Made by a program: the position numbers and the translations under genes. From the NCBI GenBank assembly GCA_964423425.1, contig CAYRES010000002.1, positions 76,095-140,094 on the forward strand: 64,000 nt of DNA. Reading direction: 5' to 3'. Origin of the DNA: an uncultured Gaiellales bacterium (GTDB lineage Bacteria > Actinomycetota > Thermoleophilia > RBG-16-64-13). Of this stretch, positions 19,274-29,495 are shown one piece after another (the first letter of the stretch is position 1; each line of letters begins with the position of its first letter). The notes below the pieces were generated by a model. It was not told the origin of the DNA and ran no database searches. It saw nothing but the letters and a program-made list of their open reading frames with translations.

Positions 19274-20301
19274 GCGCCTGCCCCGCGGTCACTATCGAGC
19301 CTGCCGCAGGCGACGCCGTGGCCGAGGCAGTCTTGGCTTCTTCGGCCCTGCCTTATCATGACCCTCGCTGGTGGCAGGTGCTGACCGACACGTGGCCTAG
19401 GCTCACCATTGAGCCGTACGCGATCGTTAGTGGCGGGGAAAGGCAGGGATTCATACCTTTGATGTCGTTGGCGGTGAAGGGGTTCCGCATGGTCGGCTCA
19501 CCGCTGCGGGGTTTCTACACCCCTTACCTGGGTCCGGTTTACACAACGCAGCAGGGACTCCCATTGGTTCAGTTGTGGGAAGCCCTGCGCGCGAGCCTAC
19601 GCGCGGACATTCTCCAGTTGTCTCTACCACCCAACGGCGACGCGGGCGCGCTGCTGGCTGAAGACTGCAAGCGTACGGCAGTGGTAGATGCGCGTTGCGC
19701 CCCGACTGAGCTGTGGAACAGCCTCAAAGAGAGCACCCGGAGGCAGGTGCGCAAAGCGACGAGGGAAGGTGTTGTTACTGCCTGGACCTCCCCCGATGAG
19801 GAGACTATCGCCGCGTACCATGCTCTGGTTGTACGTACGTTCGCTCGCCAAGGTCTTCCGCCTCCAGCTCCTCGGGCATTTTACACGAATCTTTATGCTG
19901 GACTTGGCGAGGCGGGCGGGGCGAGGTTCCTAGCCGCTTATGGGGAAGACAGGCTGATAGCGGCAGGGATCTATCTGTTAGGTGAGGATACCATCTTCGG
20001 GGTTGATGGGGCCTTCGATCGCGAGTGCGCTAGTCTCCGGGCCTCCAGCCTCATTGAGTGGGAGACTATAATGTGGGCCCACGAGAGGGGCTGCCGGTAC
20101 GATATGGTGGGGGCGGAGATCGAAGGCATAGCCGCTTTTAAGAGGAGCTTCGGCGCCGAGGTCGTTGGCTACTTGTCACGGAGTCGCTGCATTACCCTGA
20201 AAGGACGGCTGGGGCTAAGTGTGTATCAGCTCATCAAGCATGTGTTCTGCACCGGTGGTTGGAAGTCCATGCTCGCAGGTTCCGCGGACAGCGGCAGGTA
20301 G
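19270..20301 (+). CDS. FemAB-like / Acetyltransf_6 family protein (EPS-locus type)
   Basis: C-terminal core IEWETIMWAHERGCRYDMVG...FKRSFGAEVV is typical of FemAB/CelD-like proteins. GTG start inferred; the long ORF starts at 19057. Confidence 0.6.
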   Translation: MSACPAVTIEPAAGDAVAEAVLASSALPYHDPRWWQVLTDTWPRLTIEPYAIVSGGERQGFIPLMSLAVKGFRMVGSPLRGFYTPYLGPVYTTQQGLPLVQLWEALRASLRADILQLSLPPNGDAGALLAEDCKRTAVVDARCAPTELWNSLKESTRRQVRKATREGVVTAWTSPDEETIAAYHALVVRTFARQGLPPPAPRAFYTNLYAGLGEAGGARFLAAYGEDRLIAAGIYLLGEDTIFGVDGAFDRECASLRASSLIEWETIMWAHERGCRYDMVGAEIEGIAAFKRSFGAEVVGYLSRSRCITLKGRLGLSVYQLIKHVFCTGGWKSMLAGSADSGR

Positions 20302-20308
20302 AGGGGCT

Positions 20309-21061
20309 ATGGGTCGAAGCGGAGTAACGCCCAGTGCGCGCGCGGCCGGCCTCACTCCCGGGGTGAGTACACTGCGCGACGTTGCCCGCCGTACCACGAG
20401 CAGCTTGCACAACCGAGGACTTCTGGGGAGCCTGGACCATGCTCTCACCTTGGGAGCCGACGTGGTTTTTGACATGACCTGGCGCGTGCATACGCGCGGA
20501 GTCGTGGACCTGCAAGGCCTGGACACCGGCGGCGCCAACCTTGATCACGCAGTTGAGTATCATCCCACGCGCGTGCGCGAGTTCTGGGCAGTCATGTCCC
20601 ACCTGCGCATACCCACTGGTGGCCAGGGTTTCGTTGACTTCGGCTGCGGCAAGGGGCGCGTCCTCATCATGGCAAGCGAGTATGGTTTTGAGCATGTGAG
20701 CGGCGTGGAGTTCGCAGCCGAACTACATGATGTGGCCCAGAACAACGTGCGGCGCTACCTCGGTCTCAGCAAGATGAGGACCCGCTTCAACCTTGTCCAC
20801 GGCGACGCTGCTACGTATCGCATTGAACCTTGCCAATCGGTGTTCTACTTCTACTTTCCCTTCAAAGACACCGTCATGCAGGCGGTGATGGATAACATTC
20901 GTGCCTCCTTGCGTGACTACCCAAGGCAAGCATACCTTGTCTACAACTACCCAAAATGCAGGGAGATAGTCGAGGGGATGAGCATTTTTGAACTGGTGCT
21001 GAACGCCAAGTTCTGGGGGAACTCGTGGCGGGCCTACGTCAGCAGGGGCTCAGTCAGTTGA
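20309..21061 (+). CDS. class I SAM-dependent methyltransferase
   Basis: VDFGCGKGRVL matches the glycine-rich SAM-binding motif I. ATG preceded by GAGGGG. Confidence 0.65.
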   Translation: MGRSGVTPSARAAGLTPGVSTLRDVARRTTSSLHNRGLLGSLDHALTLGADVVFDMTWRVHTRGVVDLQGLDTGGANLDHAVEYHPTRVREFWAVMSHLRIPTGGQGFVDFGCGKGRVLIMASEYGFEHVSGVEFAAELHDVAQNNVRRYLGLSKMRTRFNLVHGDAATYRIEPCQSVFYFYFPFKDTVMQAVMDNIRASLRDYPRQAYLVYNYPKCREIVEGMSIFELVLNAKFWGNSWRAYVSRGSVS

Positions 21062-21277
21062 CGCTCCTGCAGCCTAACCTGTCATGTGTGCTTGCCGCCT
21101 GAACGTCCCGGGTCACGCAGCCACTGTCTTGTGCCTCCACGCGCGGGGGCACCATGGTAGCTGTGCAGAAAGTGGATGATTACTCAGCTGGGTACCCTCC
21201 GTGACTGCGGCCTATGGTGACACTCGTGCTCACGGTGGAGCGGGCTGGCGGAACTTCATGTGCGCCGATCGGTCTCC

Positions 21278-21440
21278 TTAAGCGAAAAGTGCGGTCTTGC
21301 GGAGGATCTCCTTCTCTTCCTCGAGGATTCTCACCTCACGGCGCTTGGCCAACCCAGGCACGAAGCGTGGCCGGGGAGACCCCCAGTTGCGAGGCACATG
21401 ATCGGATGCCCCGCTGACTCACCCGGTAGAGACGCACCGC
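21278..21440 (-). mobile_element. IS3-family transposase OrfA C-terminal remnant (truncated, no start codon)
   Basis: Minus-strand translation gives ...RFVPGLAKRREVRILEEEKEILRKTALFA*. This matches the leucine-zipper C-terminus of IS3 OrfA (..ENEILKKAAAFFA). Only about 47 codons remain, with a stop immediately upstream. Confidence 0.4.
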
Positions 21441-21635
21441 CTCCTGCCTGAACTCTGGCGTGTGGGCCACGTCGACACTACCTTCTGGACCGTAGTGGTC
21501 CAATTCTTGAGTGTCAACGGAGTCGGGTCAAGACCAACACCAAGAACTTGCGATTAGTACGCCAGCATGTGTTCTGATTCGGTTGGTCCCCTCGTCCAGA
21601 TTACCCGTTGCCATTGACGATGTCGGCCTGCTATC

Positions 21636-21923
21636 GTGTCCCTAGCTCTTGCGGCAGACCGGTTCACAGACTTGAGAGGGGAAATGGGGCCAAACGCGAT
21701 GTGGCACGATTCGACCCGTGTGGACTTGCAGTCACTTGAGCGCGTTCTGTCTGGGCTACCGCGGGAGGAACGCGACGAATTGCTAGAGTCCCTAGTAATT
21801 GCGGTCTGCAGCAATGCCGATGAGGCACAGAGCATCCTCTTTGAGTACCTAAGGGAACATGATTTCCAGTCTCTTGTTTGTGAATTGCAGGAGTACGGTG
21901 TGCCGAGGGAGGAAGCGCCATGA
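21636..21923 (+). CDS. hypothetical small acidic protein (95 aa)
   Basis: ORF in a lower-GC spacer of poor coding density. Helical acidic sequence with mixed codon usage and no SD. Weak support. Confidence 0.2.
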   Translation: MSLALAADRFTDLRGEMGPNAMWHDSTRVDLQSLERVLSGLPREERDELLESLVIAVCSNADEAQSILFEYLREHDFQSLVCELQEYGVPREEAP

Positions 21924-22276
21924 TGCGCACTTGGTAGGTCCCCAGGACTTGCGAATTCACTGCCGGTCAACTGCACAGTATTGTTCTGGCTCTTGGTGGA
22001 TGGTTCTCGATGTCGTGCCGTTTGTCTTAGACGCCGCATGGGGTGCGCTTGATTCGGTAGCTTGCGCGCGCAGTTCGAACTGAGCTTTGGTGGTGCTTCT
22101 TTCCGCACCTCTGGATTGCCTTCTGTGCATGTGACACCCGATCTTCTACGAAAGGACCCTTGTTTTCTGGGCTCTCAACGGGGCTCAAGATCGTTGCACT
22201 GCTCTGGGCGGATCCACTCCAATCGCAGTCGTGACGCCTAGTGGTGTCGCGGGAACCGCTGGGGGACTGCGCTTTC

Positions 22277-23197
22277 ATGACTCACTGGCCCAATGGCGCG
22301 CGGTTTGCGCTCTTTCTCTCACACGATATCGATCAGATTCGTGACAGAGAGATGTGGCGAGTGTTGGCTGATCTCAACCATATCCGGCGAGTGTTGGTTT
22401 CTGGAGAGCGGGGCTCCGTGGCCCTTGCCGTGCGGCGGGTCGGGCGTTCCCTCGTGCGGCCGAAGTCTTCGACGAAGGATTTCGAGACGATCCTGGACAT
22501 CGAACGACGTCATGGCTTTCGGTCCACTTTCTTCATCCTTCACGACCGCTACTGGGCACGGCAGGGGGCTCGTTTCTGTATCGGTGACCCCGGCATTCAC
22601 GCTATTGTCCGGCTCATCAAGGAGGCAGGCTGCGAGATCGGCCTGCACGGTGGCTATTATCGCTTCAACGACTCCGCAGCGTACGCGGAGAGCCGCGAAG
22701 CACTCCAAGAGGCTTTTGACGTGGAGATCAGCGGGATACGCAATCACCTGCTGCGCTTCTCCGGCGAACCTACGTGGCGTGCTCAACTAGGGGCTGGGTT
22801 CGCCTACGACGCCACCTTTGGCGATCAGTCATACCCGGGCCCTTATGGGGGCCGAGACAGGCCTTTCTGGGCCATCCCGCCGGTTTCAACAGAAGACGCC
22901 GGCCTGGTCGAATTGCCACTGACTGTCATGGATGGGACGCTCTTTCGGCATCGTCGTCTCGCGGGACGTGACGCGCTGGACGCCGCGTGGGAGGCGATCA
23001 GCCCTGTGATCGAGAGTGGCGGCTTGGTTAGTCTGCTGTGGCACGGCAATTTCTTCAACGAGCCCGAGTACTGGGATTGGCAGTGGGTCTACGAAGAGTT
23101 GCTGGACCGACTGGCTGCCCGTGGGCCGTGGTGCGGGACCGGGGCCGAGATCAACGCGTGGTGGCGTGCAAAGCAAAGAACGCCGGCAGGCTCCTGA
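22277..23197 (+). CDS. polysaccharide deacetylase-like (CE4/NodB-related) protein
   Basis: FALFLSHDID...STFFIL...GCEIGLHG resembles NodB-type deacetylase motifs. Its stop overlaps the ATG of the downstream asnB-like gene (TGATG). Confidence 0.6.
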   Translation: MTHWPNGARFALFLSHDIDQIRDREMWRVLADLNHIRRVLVSGERGSVALAVRRVGRSLVRPKSSTKDFETILDIERRHGFRSTFFILHDRYWARQGARFCIGDPGIHAIVRLIKEAGCEIGLHGGYYRFNDSAAYAESREALQEAFDVEISGIRNHLLRFSGEPTWRAQLGAGFAYDATFGDQSYPGPYGGRDRPFWAIPPVSTEDAGLVELPLTVMDGTLFRHRRLAGRDALDAAWEAISPVIESGGLVSLLWHGNFFNEPEYWDWQWVYEELLDRLAARGPWCGTGAEINAWWRAKQRTPAGS

Positions 23198-25008
23198 TGT
23201 GCGGAATTGCCGTACTCGCGTCGCTAGATGGTCGGCCGGTTGATGTGGAATTGGTGCGGACGATGACCGAGTCATTGGCTCATCGTGGCCCAGATGGAGG
23301 AGGTGTCGCAGTTCTTGTCGGCGACAACGGCGCTCCCGAGGCAGTCATGGGCCACAGACGACTGGCTGTGCTCGATTTGAGCGAACGTGCCGCTCAACCC
23401 ATGTGGGCCGATGGCCACTGCATTACGTATAACGGCGAAATCTACAACCACGTCGAACTACGCGTCGAGCTGGAGAGATGTGGCTACTCCTTCTCTACCA
23501 GGAGCGACACCGAGGTGCTTCTCAATGCCTATCGACATTGGGGAGAGGCGTGTCTAGCCCGCCTGAACGGCATCTTCGCGTTTGCGTTGTGGGATCCAGT
23601 GCGTCGGGTTCTCTTCGCGGCACGGGATCGACTCGGGGTGAAGCCCTTGTACTACATCTCGCAGGGCGGACGCTTGGGACTTGCGTCCGAGATCAGAGCC
23701 CTGCGTGCTGTGTTTAACGGTTTCCGGCTCGACCAGCGCCTGGTCCGCGATTTTCTGGTGGCGGGCAGATTGGAGCACACCGAGCAGACCTTCTTCGCGC
23801 CGGTGAAACGCCTGCCGGCCGGGTGCTTCTTGAGGCTCCGGGATGGAAGACTCAGAGTGGAGAGGTACTGGGCCGTTCGGGTGAGCGAGGAGCGTGCTCA
23901 CAGGTCTTTGGCCGAGAACACGGAGGAATTCGCGCAGCTTCTCGAAGACTCTGTCCGGATTGAAATGCGCGCCGACGTTCCGGTTGGGTGCTGTCTGTCG
24001 GGCGGCCTCGATTCTACTTCGGTGGCGGCGTTGGCGTCCTTGAACGCCGATGTGCCGGTGCACATGTTTACAGCCCGATACCGGCATGCGTCGATGGATG
24101 AGTGGAGGTACGCGCAGGCCCTGCATGCGGAGAGGGACGTGGTGGCGGTGGCTGCCTACGCTGAACCGGGAGCCTTCTGGTCATCGATCGACGACGTCCT
24201 CGCTGCTCAGGAAGAGCCGTTTGCGGGTCCCGGTGTGTTTGCGCAGTGGCGCCTGATGAAGGAGGTCCAGGCCCGCGGCATCAAAGTCGTGCTGGATGGC
24301 CAGGGTGGGGACGAGCTGCTTTGCGGCTATGCCAAGTACTTCTACTTCAGGCTGGCTGACCTTCTGGGAGCTGGGCGATATGCTGGAGCTCTCGCGTCTC
24401 TTATGTCGTTGGTTGCCGATGGTGGCGCTCATTTGTTCAACCTGAGGGGGGCTCGGCGGTATCTGCCCGGGGGAGGCTGGCTCAGAAGAAGGCAGGAACG
24501 GTTGGTCCGCGATGATTTCCTACAGCAGCTTGGAGATGACTCTCTACCTCGGCCGCAAGGGAGCGTTGCGGAACAGCAAGTGCTCGATATCACGACTTTC
24601 GGTCTGCCAACCCTACTCCGGTATGAAGACAAGAACTCCATGGCTCATGGGGTCGAGTCGCGGGTGCCTCTGCTTGACCACAGACTGGTTGAATTCGCCC
24701 TGAGCGTCCCCGTCGAGCACAAGATTCAGGGAGCGCGGGGAAAGGTGATGCTTCGTGATGCTCTCAAAGGCATATTGCCCGAGGCCGTGAGACGACGAAG
24801 ATCGAAACTGGGCTTTGGAGGGCACTGGCACTTGTGGGCGAAAGATCTGCGTCCCGAACTATGTAGGTGGGTGGACCAAGACCGGCTTGAGGTTGACCGG
24901 TTTGTAAGGCGTGAAGCCGTCAAGGCCATGATTCTCAAGAATGACCCCGACGTGTTCCGCGTCTTCATCCTGGATCGCTGGTTGGCGCGCGAGTTCCCCA
25001 CCACTTGA
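23197..25008 (+). CDS. asparagine synthase (glutamine-hydrolysing) family amidotransferase, EPS-locus paralogue
   Basis: Starts MCGIAV, the Ntn Cys2 of the glutaminase domain. CLSGGLDSTSVAA is the PP-loop. Full AsnB two-domain architecture. Confidence 0.85.
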   Translation: MCGIAVLASLDGRPVDVELVRTMTESLAHRGPDGGGVAVLVGDNGAPEAVMGHRRLAVLDLSERAAQPMWADGHCITYNGEIYNHVELRVELERCGYSFSTRSDTEVLLNAYRHWGEACLARLNGIFAFALWDPVRRVLFAARDRLGVKPLYYISQGGRLGLASEIRALRAVFNGFRLDQRLVRDFLVAGRLEHTEQTFFAPVKRLPAGCFLRLRDGRLRVERYWAVRVSEERAHRSLAENTEEFAQLLEDSVRIEMRADVPVGCCLSGGLDSTSVAALASLNADVPVHMFTARYRHASMDEWRYAQALHAERDVVAVAAYAEPGAFWSSIDDVLAAQEEPFAGPGVFAQWRLMKEVQARGIKVVLDGQGGDELLCGYAKYFYFRLADLLGAGRYAGALASLMSLVADGGAHLFNLRGARRYLPGGGWLRRRQERLVRDDFLQQLGDDSLPRPQGSVAEQQVLDITTFGLPTLLRYEDKNSMAHGVESRVPLLDHRLVEFALSVPVEHKIQGARGKVMLRDALKGILPEAVRRRRSKLGFGGHWHLWAKDLRPELCRWVDQDRLEVDRFVRREAVKAMILKNDPDVFRVFILDRWLAREFPTT

Positions 25009-26267
25009 CGCACGCTGTGCGAATCCACTACTACAAGCAGTTCTTCAGCGGCCCGCACGCACCGGGAAGTCAGCAGCCGCGCAAGCTTGTGTGGGCGCTT
25101 GCGGAACGTGGTCACGAGGTTCAGGTGATCGCCTGTGACTTCAACGTGTACAACGAGCAGACCGAGCCGGAGGAACATGAGGTCTTGGCTTCGGGTGGCT
25201 CGGTTCGGGTGCATCGCCTTCGTGCCCCCCGGAATATCCGCCGAGGGCTGGGCGCTCGCCTGCAGTCCTACACAGCTTTCGCGCGCCGGGCAGCATTGCT
25301 GGGAAGGCGGCTTGGCCCGGCTGACGTTATCGTGGCCTCGGTGCAGCCGCTATTCACGGCTTGGTCGGCCCGAAAGGCCGCTAGGCGCTTCCGGATTCCT
25401 TGGTTGCTCGAGGTTCGCGATCTCTGGCCGGATGCGTTGGAGGCGAAGAAGGCTATCTCTTGGTTGCAGGCCCGGCCCCTTCATTGGCTGGCTGACTCGT
25501 TGTATTGGAGTGCCGACCGAGTGGTGACTGTGACTCCGGGAATCAAGCAGCAGCTCGTGAAGAAGGGTTTGCCGGCAGGCAGGGTAGACGTTTTCCCAAA
25601 CGGGTTTGATTCCAATCTGTTTCGCATTCCTTCGGACACCAGAGAGCAGAAGCGGCGGGAAATGGGATGGGACTCAGCCTTCGTCGCTCTCTATGCGGGT
25701 GCCCATACAGAAGTCACGGCAGTGGAGACTGTTGTCCGAGCGGCCTCGGCGCTCCGAGGGAGGGGGGACATTCGTTTTGATCTGTTCGGCGAAGGCCAGA
25801 CGAAGCCTGGGCTCCAGCTTCTTGCCCGGCAGATGAGGCTGTCGAACGTACACTTCCATGACCCCGTACCCAAGGCGGAGGTGCCGGCCTTGATCGCCGC
25901 GGCCGATGTCTGCCTGATGACTTTGTTCGAGAGTCCACTGATAGACATCTACTTCGAGAACAAACTCATGGACTACATGGGAGCCGGAAAGCCGATCCTC
26001 GCCGCTATGGGAGGAATGCAGGCGAAGTTGCTTCGTGACTACAGCGCGGGCCTGGTCGTGCCCGCAATGGACCATGAAGGTTTGGCGAAGCTAGTCGTCG
26101 AAGCGGCGACCAATCCTGTTGGCGTGGCTCGGCTCGGGTTGAACGGCCGGCACCTTGTTGAAGAGCATCTGATTCTTTCTGATATTCTGGATTGCTACTC
26201 GACAGTGATAGAGGCAGTTGCTGCCGGCAACGCCGGCTTGGTCCCGGCGTGGCAGCCTCGTCTCTAA
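25005..26267 (+). CDS. GT4-family glycosyltransferase
   Basis: Typical GT4 N-terminal and C-terminal Rossmann halves (FPNGFD, EN-KLMDYMGAGKPILA). TTG start overlaps the upstream TGA (TTGA). Confidence 0.7.
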   Translation: MTHAVRIHYYKQFFSGPHAPGSQQPRKLVWALAERGHEVQVIACDFNVYNEQTEPEEHEVLASGGSVRVHRLRAPRNIRRGLGARLQSYTAFARRAALLGRRLGPADVIVASVQPLFTAWSARKAARRFRIPWLLEVRDLWPDALEAKKAISWLQARPLHWLADSLYWSADRVVTVTPGIKQQLVKKGLPAGRVDVFPNGFDSNLFRIPSDTREQKRREMGWDSAFVALYAGAHTEVTAVETVVRAASALRGRGDIRFDLFGEGQTKPGLQLLARQMRLSNVHFHDPVPKAEVPALIAAADVCLMTLFESPLIDIYFENKLMDYMGAGKPILAAMGGMQAKLLRDYSAGLVVPAMDHEGLAKLVVEAATNPVGVARLGLNGRHLVEEHLILSDILDCYSTVIEAVAAGNAGLVPAWQPRL

Positions 26268-26400
26268 CCTGCTCTATCCAAAGGGGCATGCCTGGGCGGG
26301 GAACTGCGACTTCAGCCCCAGACTAGTTGACCGATGGTGTCGTGGTTTGCTCGTTTCACGCCGACCACCGAGCAGATATCTTGCCTAAGCGCAAAAAAAG

Positions 26401-28287
26401 GTGAGGGAGTTGACTGGGATCGCTCTGGGAGCTGTGGTTACCGGTGTGGTGACGGCCGTGTTCCTTCTTGGCAAGGCTTTCCCACTGGCGCGCTATCGCG
26501 TGGGCTTGTTCGTAATGATGGCCAACGTCATCTACGAGACCCTCGCGAAAAAGCTTGGCTGGTCGCGTTGGGCCGTTGACATTGTGCTACTTCCATCCTT
26601 GGCGGTGGCGTGGGCTCTTCTCGTCGGTCCGTGGGTTGGGCTGGCGCTGACTCTGTTCATGGGCGGAGCTTGGCTTTGGGCGTGCCGGGTCGATGAGATG
26701 TGGCAGAGTGGCCACATGGCATATCAGGACGGCAACTACCGTCATCTTGATGTGCCCTTGCCTTTGCCCAGGCTGATCGTGTGGCTTCGGGGTCCGGTTC
26801 TTGCGCGCGGAGACGTTCTTGAGTTGGGTCACTGGCCCCTGGGCCACGAGGAGACCTTCGAGATACTCGTGCTCAACCCGAGTGCGGTGGTGCCTCAACT
26901 GCCTTTGACCGTGGCGGTTAACGTCTCCGGCTTCGGTATCGAGGTCAACGGACACGAGCGTGCGGAGTACGTGTGCCCCGATCCGGGTGAACTGGCCACG
27001 TTTCCGCTCACGGTGCGGGCCTGCAGGCTCGGGCCAGGGGGCAAGGCGGTCGTGCGTGTGGCACATGGCGATCAGGAAACAGTGCGCGTCTTGCACGTAC
27101 GAACGGTGGTCTCGGCCGATGACGCGGTTCCTGTCGGCGGTTCCATAGAGCGTTGGAAGGGTGGTGCGCGTGCAGGTTTTGCCTGGCGAGGCGATCAAGA
27201 TCTCTACGACCCCGCAACATTCCAGTCGGCTGCGGGATTGCAGAGGGCCTTGGAACTCAGCGAGCGGTTTCGTCTGCCCAGCACGTTGTTCTTATCGGCC
27301 CGGCTGAGCTTGTTGGAGTCAGAGCATCGGGCATTCTCCGAGCACTTCGGCTGGGATCGGCGGAGCGAGGAGATACACGATTTTGCGGCGTTCCTCCGTG
27401 AAGAGGTGACGATTGCCTCCGAGCTAGAGTTCCCCATGGGGGCGGTCGGTATGCCGGCGATGGAGGTGGGCAACCACATGTACCTACATCTTGGCACTCA
27501 TGCGGCCGCTGATCCGGCCAACGGGTGGAAGAGCCACGCGTGGATTGGGGAGGGGGATTACGAATGGCACCGGGGGGAGAAGGGGGACTCCTTCACCGAG
27601 CAGCGAGACAACGCCATTCGTGGTGCCGAGGCGATACGGGACACGCTGGGGGTCGAGGTCACTTCGTGGGGCGTTCCTGGTCGTGTGTTCGACAGTAATA
27701 CGGCTGCGGCCGTCGAGGCTGCAGGAATGGAGGTGGGGAGCGACACTGATGCGTCCGCCTTCACCAATGTATTGCGGCTTGTTCCGCCTCACCACCCGAA
27801 AGGGTGCGAACGGCTCGTAGAGCTGACCAAGAAGTACCCCGGCGATCCCAATGACGCCTACAAGATAGCGATGCTCAAGTACTGGCTGCATGCAGCCCGC
27901 CGCACGGGCAGGGCTTTCATCTTCATGGCCCACCACCATCTGCTCGGGTACGAGAGCAAGGCCTGCTACCATTTGAGTGAGGAGTTTTTCCGTCATGTCT
28001 TAGCCGACTGCCACGGGGATTTCTACGTAGCGACTATTACGTCGCTTGGTCGATACTGGCGCGATGTCCTCAGTCCCCGCACCAGATGCGTTCAAGTCTC
28101 CTGTGAGTCGGGGCGGCTGACTGTCATCAACACCGGTGACCGGCTACTGACGGCCGTGCCGGTTGAAGTGGAGATGAAGTCTGGCGGACGATTCATGAAG
28201 CTTGTTGACCTCCCTGCCCACTCCACGACCATGTGGGTGCCGGAGGATGATGCGTGGGCTCAGTCCACCGGGGTCGGCGCGGCATGA
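26401..28287 (+). CDS. membrane-anchored polysaccharide deacetylase-like / carbohydrate-processing protein
   Basis: N-terminal TM helices followed by a large domain. AGFAWRGDQD...STLFLSARL...EVGNHMYLH is reminiscent of CE4 motifs. Assignment is tentative. Confidence 0.45.
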   Translation: MRELTGIALGAVVTGVVTAVFLLGKAFPLARYRVGLFVMMANVIYETLAKKLGWSRWAVDIVLLPSLAVAWALLVGPWVGLALTLFMGGAWLWACRVDEMWQSGHMAYQDGNYRHLDVPLPLPRLIVWLRGPVLARGDVLELGHWPLGHEETFEILVLNPSAVVPQLPLTVAVNVSGFGIEVNGHERAEYVCPDPGELATFPLTVRACRLGPGGKAVVRVAHGDQETVRVLHVRTVVSADDAVPVGGSIERWKGGARAGFAWRGDQDLYDPATFQSAAGLQRALELSERFRLPSTLFLSARLSLLESEHRAFSEHFGWDRRSEEIHDFAAFLREEVTIASELEFPMGAVGMPAMEVGNHMYLHLGTHAAADPANGWKSHAWIGEGDYEWHRGEKGDSFTEQRDNAIRGAEAIRDTLGVEVTSWGVPGRVFDSNTAAAVEAAGMEVGSDTDASAFTNVLRLVPPHHPKGCERLVELTKKYPGDPNDAYKIAMLKYWLHAARRTGRAFIFMAHHHLLGYESKACYHLSEEFFRHVLADCHGDFYVATITSLGRYWRDVLSPRTRCVQVSCESGRLTVINTGDRLLTAVPVEVEMKSGGRFMKLVDLPAHSTTMWVPEDDAWAQSTGVGAA

Positions 28288-29480
28288 ACGTCCCCAGAAG
28301 AGGCCGTGCCGGTCGCGTCCTACCTGTGGTGGTTGCGCTCGGTGGAGCATTGCCCGTGGCGCGAGTGCTTACGAAGTATGGAGTCACTGTCTACGGATCG
28401 GACTTTGGGTACTCGGTGGATCGACTCTCACGCCTCGTGAGCCGGCCTCCCTGGGGCTATGACGCGGGACTGGATGATCGGTTCTTGCGTCTCTTGGTCG
28501 ACTTCGCGGAGCAATGTCCTGTCATGCCGGTGCTTATCCCGACGGCAGATGCAGTCATCGAATTCGTCACTCTGCACTACGAGGTACTCTCTGCCCACTA
28601 TCATGTCGCTTCAGTCTACGCGCCCGGTCAAGGTGAGGCTTTCCTTGCCAAGAGGGAGTTCTACCGACTGTGCGATCAAGCCGGCATCAAATACCCGGCC
28701 ACGATCTTCGGTGACGAAGGGCCCATTGCACCGGATGAGGTGGAGCGGGTCCTCCGCTTCCCTGTCATTGTCAAACCTAATCTCATTCACAGGTGGAAGC
28801 AGACCCTCAAGGGTGAGAAGGTGATCGAGGTTACGTCCGCCGCCGATCTGCGGATGGTGATGGCGAGCTATCCGGGGCTGGTGGAAGACTCCATGCTGCA
28901 GGAGGTCATTCCCGGTCCGGAGTCAAAAATCTATCTGTTCAAGGCTTGCCTCGATCGTGACGGTGAGGTGCTGGATACGTTCACCGGGAGGAAGCTCAGG
29001 CAGTATCCGCCGATGTATGGTTCGGCAAGCTTGGCGGAGAGTGTCGAGTGCCCTGAGGTGGAAGAACTCAGCCTAAGATTCTTTGACCGCATTCGTGTGC
29101 ATGGATTAGGCGGGGCCGAGTTCAAGTGGGACCCGAGGGACGGCGAATTCAAGATGATCGAAGTCAACATGCGCCCCCAGCTGTGGGAAGATCTCATCAG
29201 GGCAAGCGGCAAGGATATGCTCTGGGTGCACTACTGCGACCTCATCGGTCTACCCGTGCATAAGACGCCTCTCCAGGTGAATGGGGTTCGCTGGGTCCAT
29301 CTCACGCGCGATGTGGTGTCGGCCTTGTGGTTCATGCGCCGTCGAGAGCTCACCGTCAAGGAGTGGTTCGGGGGTTACCGGCGGGACATGGTTGACGCTC
29401 TCATGGCGCCGGCGGACCCCCTTACGATACCGGGCGCACTCGGGTACGCCGCGTTCCAGTTCGTCCACTACAAGCTGTAG
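28284..29480 (+). CDS. ATP-grasp family enzyme (carboxylate-amine ligase-like)
   Basis: FPVIVKPN...QEVIPGPESKIYLFKA...GLGGAEFKWDPRDGEFKMIEVNMRP is a classical ATP-grasp core. ATGA overlap with the upstream gene. Confidence 0.6.
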   Translation: MNVPRRGRAGRVLPVVVALGGALPVARVLTKYGVTVYGSDFGYSVDRLSRLVSRPPWGYDAGLDDRFLRLLVDFAEQCPVMPVLIPTADAVIEFVTLHYEVLSAHYHVASVYAPGQGEAFLAKREFYRLCDQAGIKYPATIFGDEGPIAPDEVERVLRFPVIVKPNLIHRWKQTLKGEKVIEVTSAADLRMVMASYPGLVEDSMLQEVIPGPESKIYLFKACLDRDGEVLDTFTGRKLRQYPPMYGSASLAESVECPEVEELSLRFFDRIRVHGLGGAEFKWDPRDGEFKMIEVNMRPQLWEDLIRASGKDMLWVHYCDLIGLPVHKTPLQVNGVRWVHLTRDVVSALWFMRRRELTVKEWFGGYRRDMVDALMAPADPLTIPGALGYAAFQFVHYKL

Positions 29481-29495
29481 AGCAGGCTACCTGTC

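Noticed and set aside
21554-22108. 184-aa minus-strand ORF in the IS-remnant spacer
   Set aside because: Low-complexity S/R-rich translation. Overlaps the more protein-like but still weak + ORF 21636-21923.
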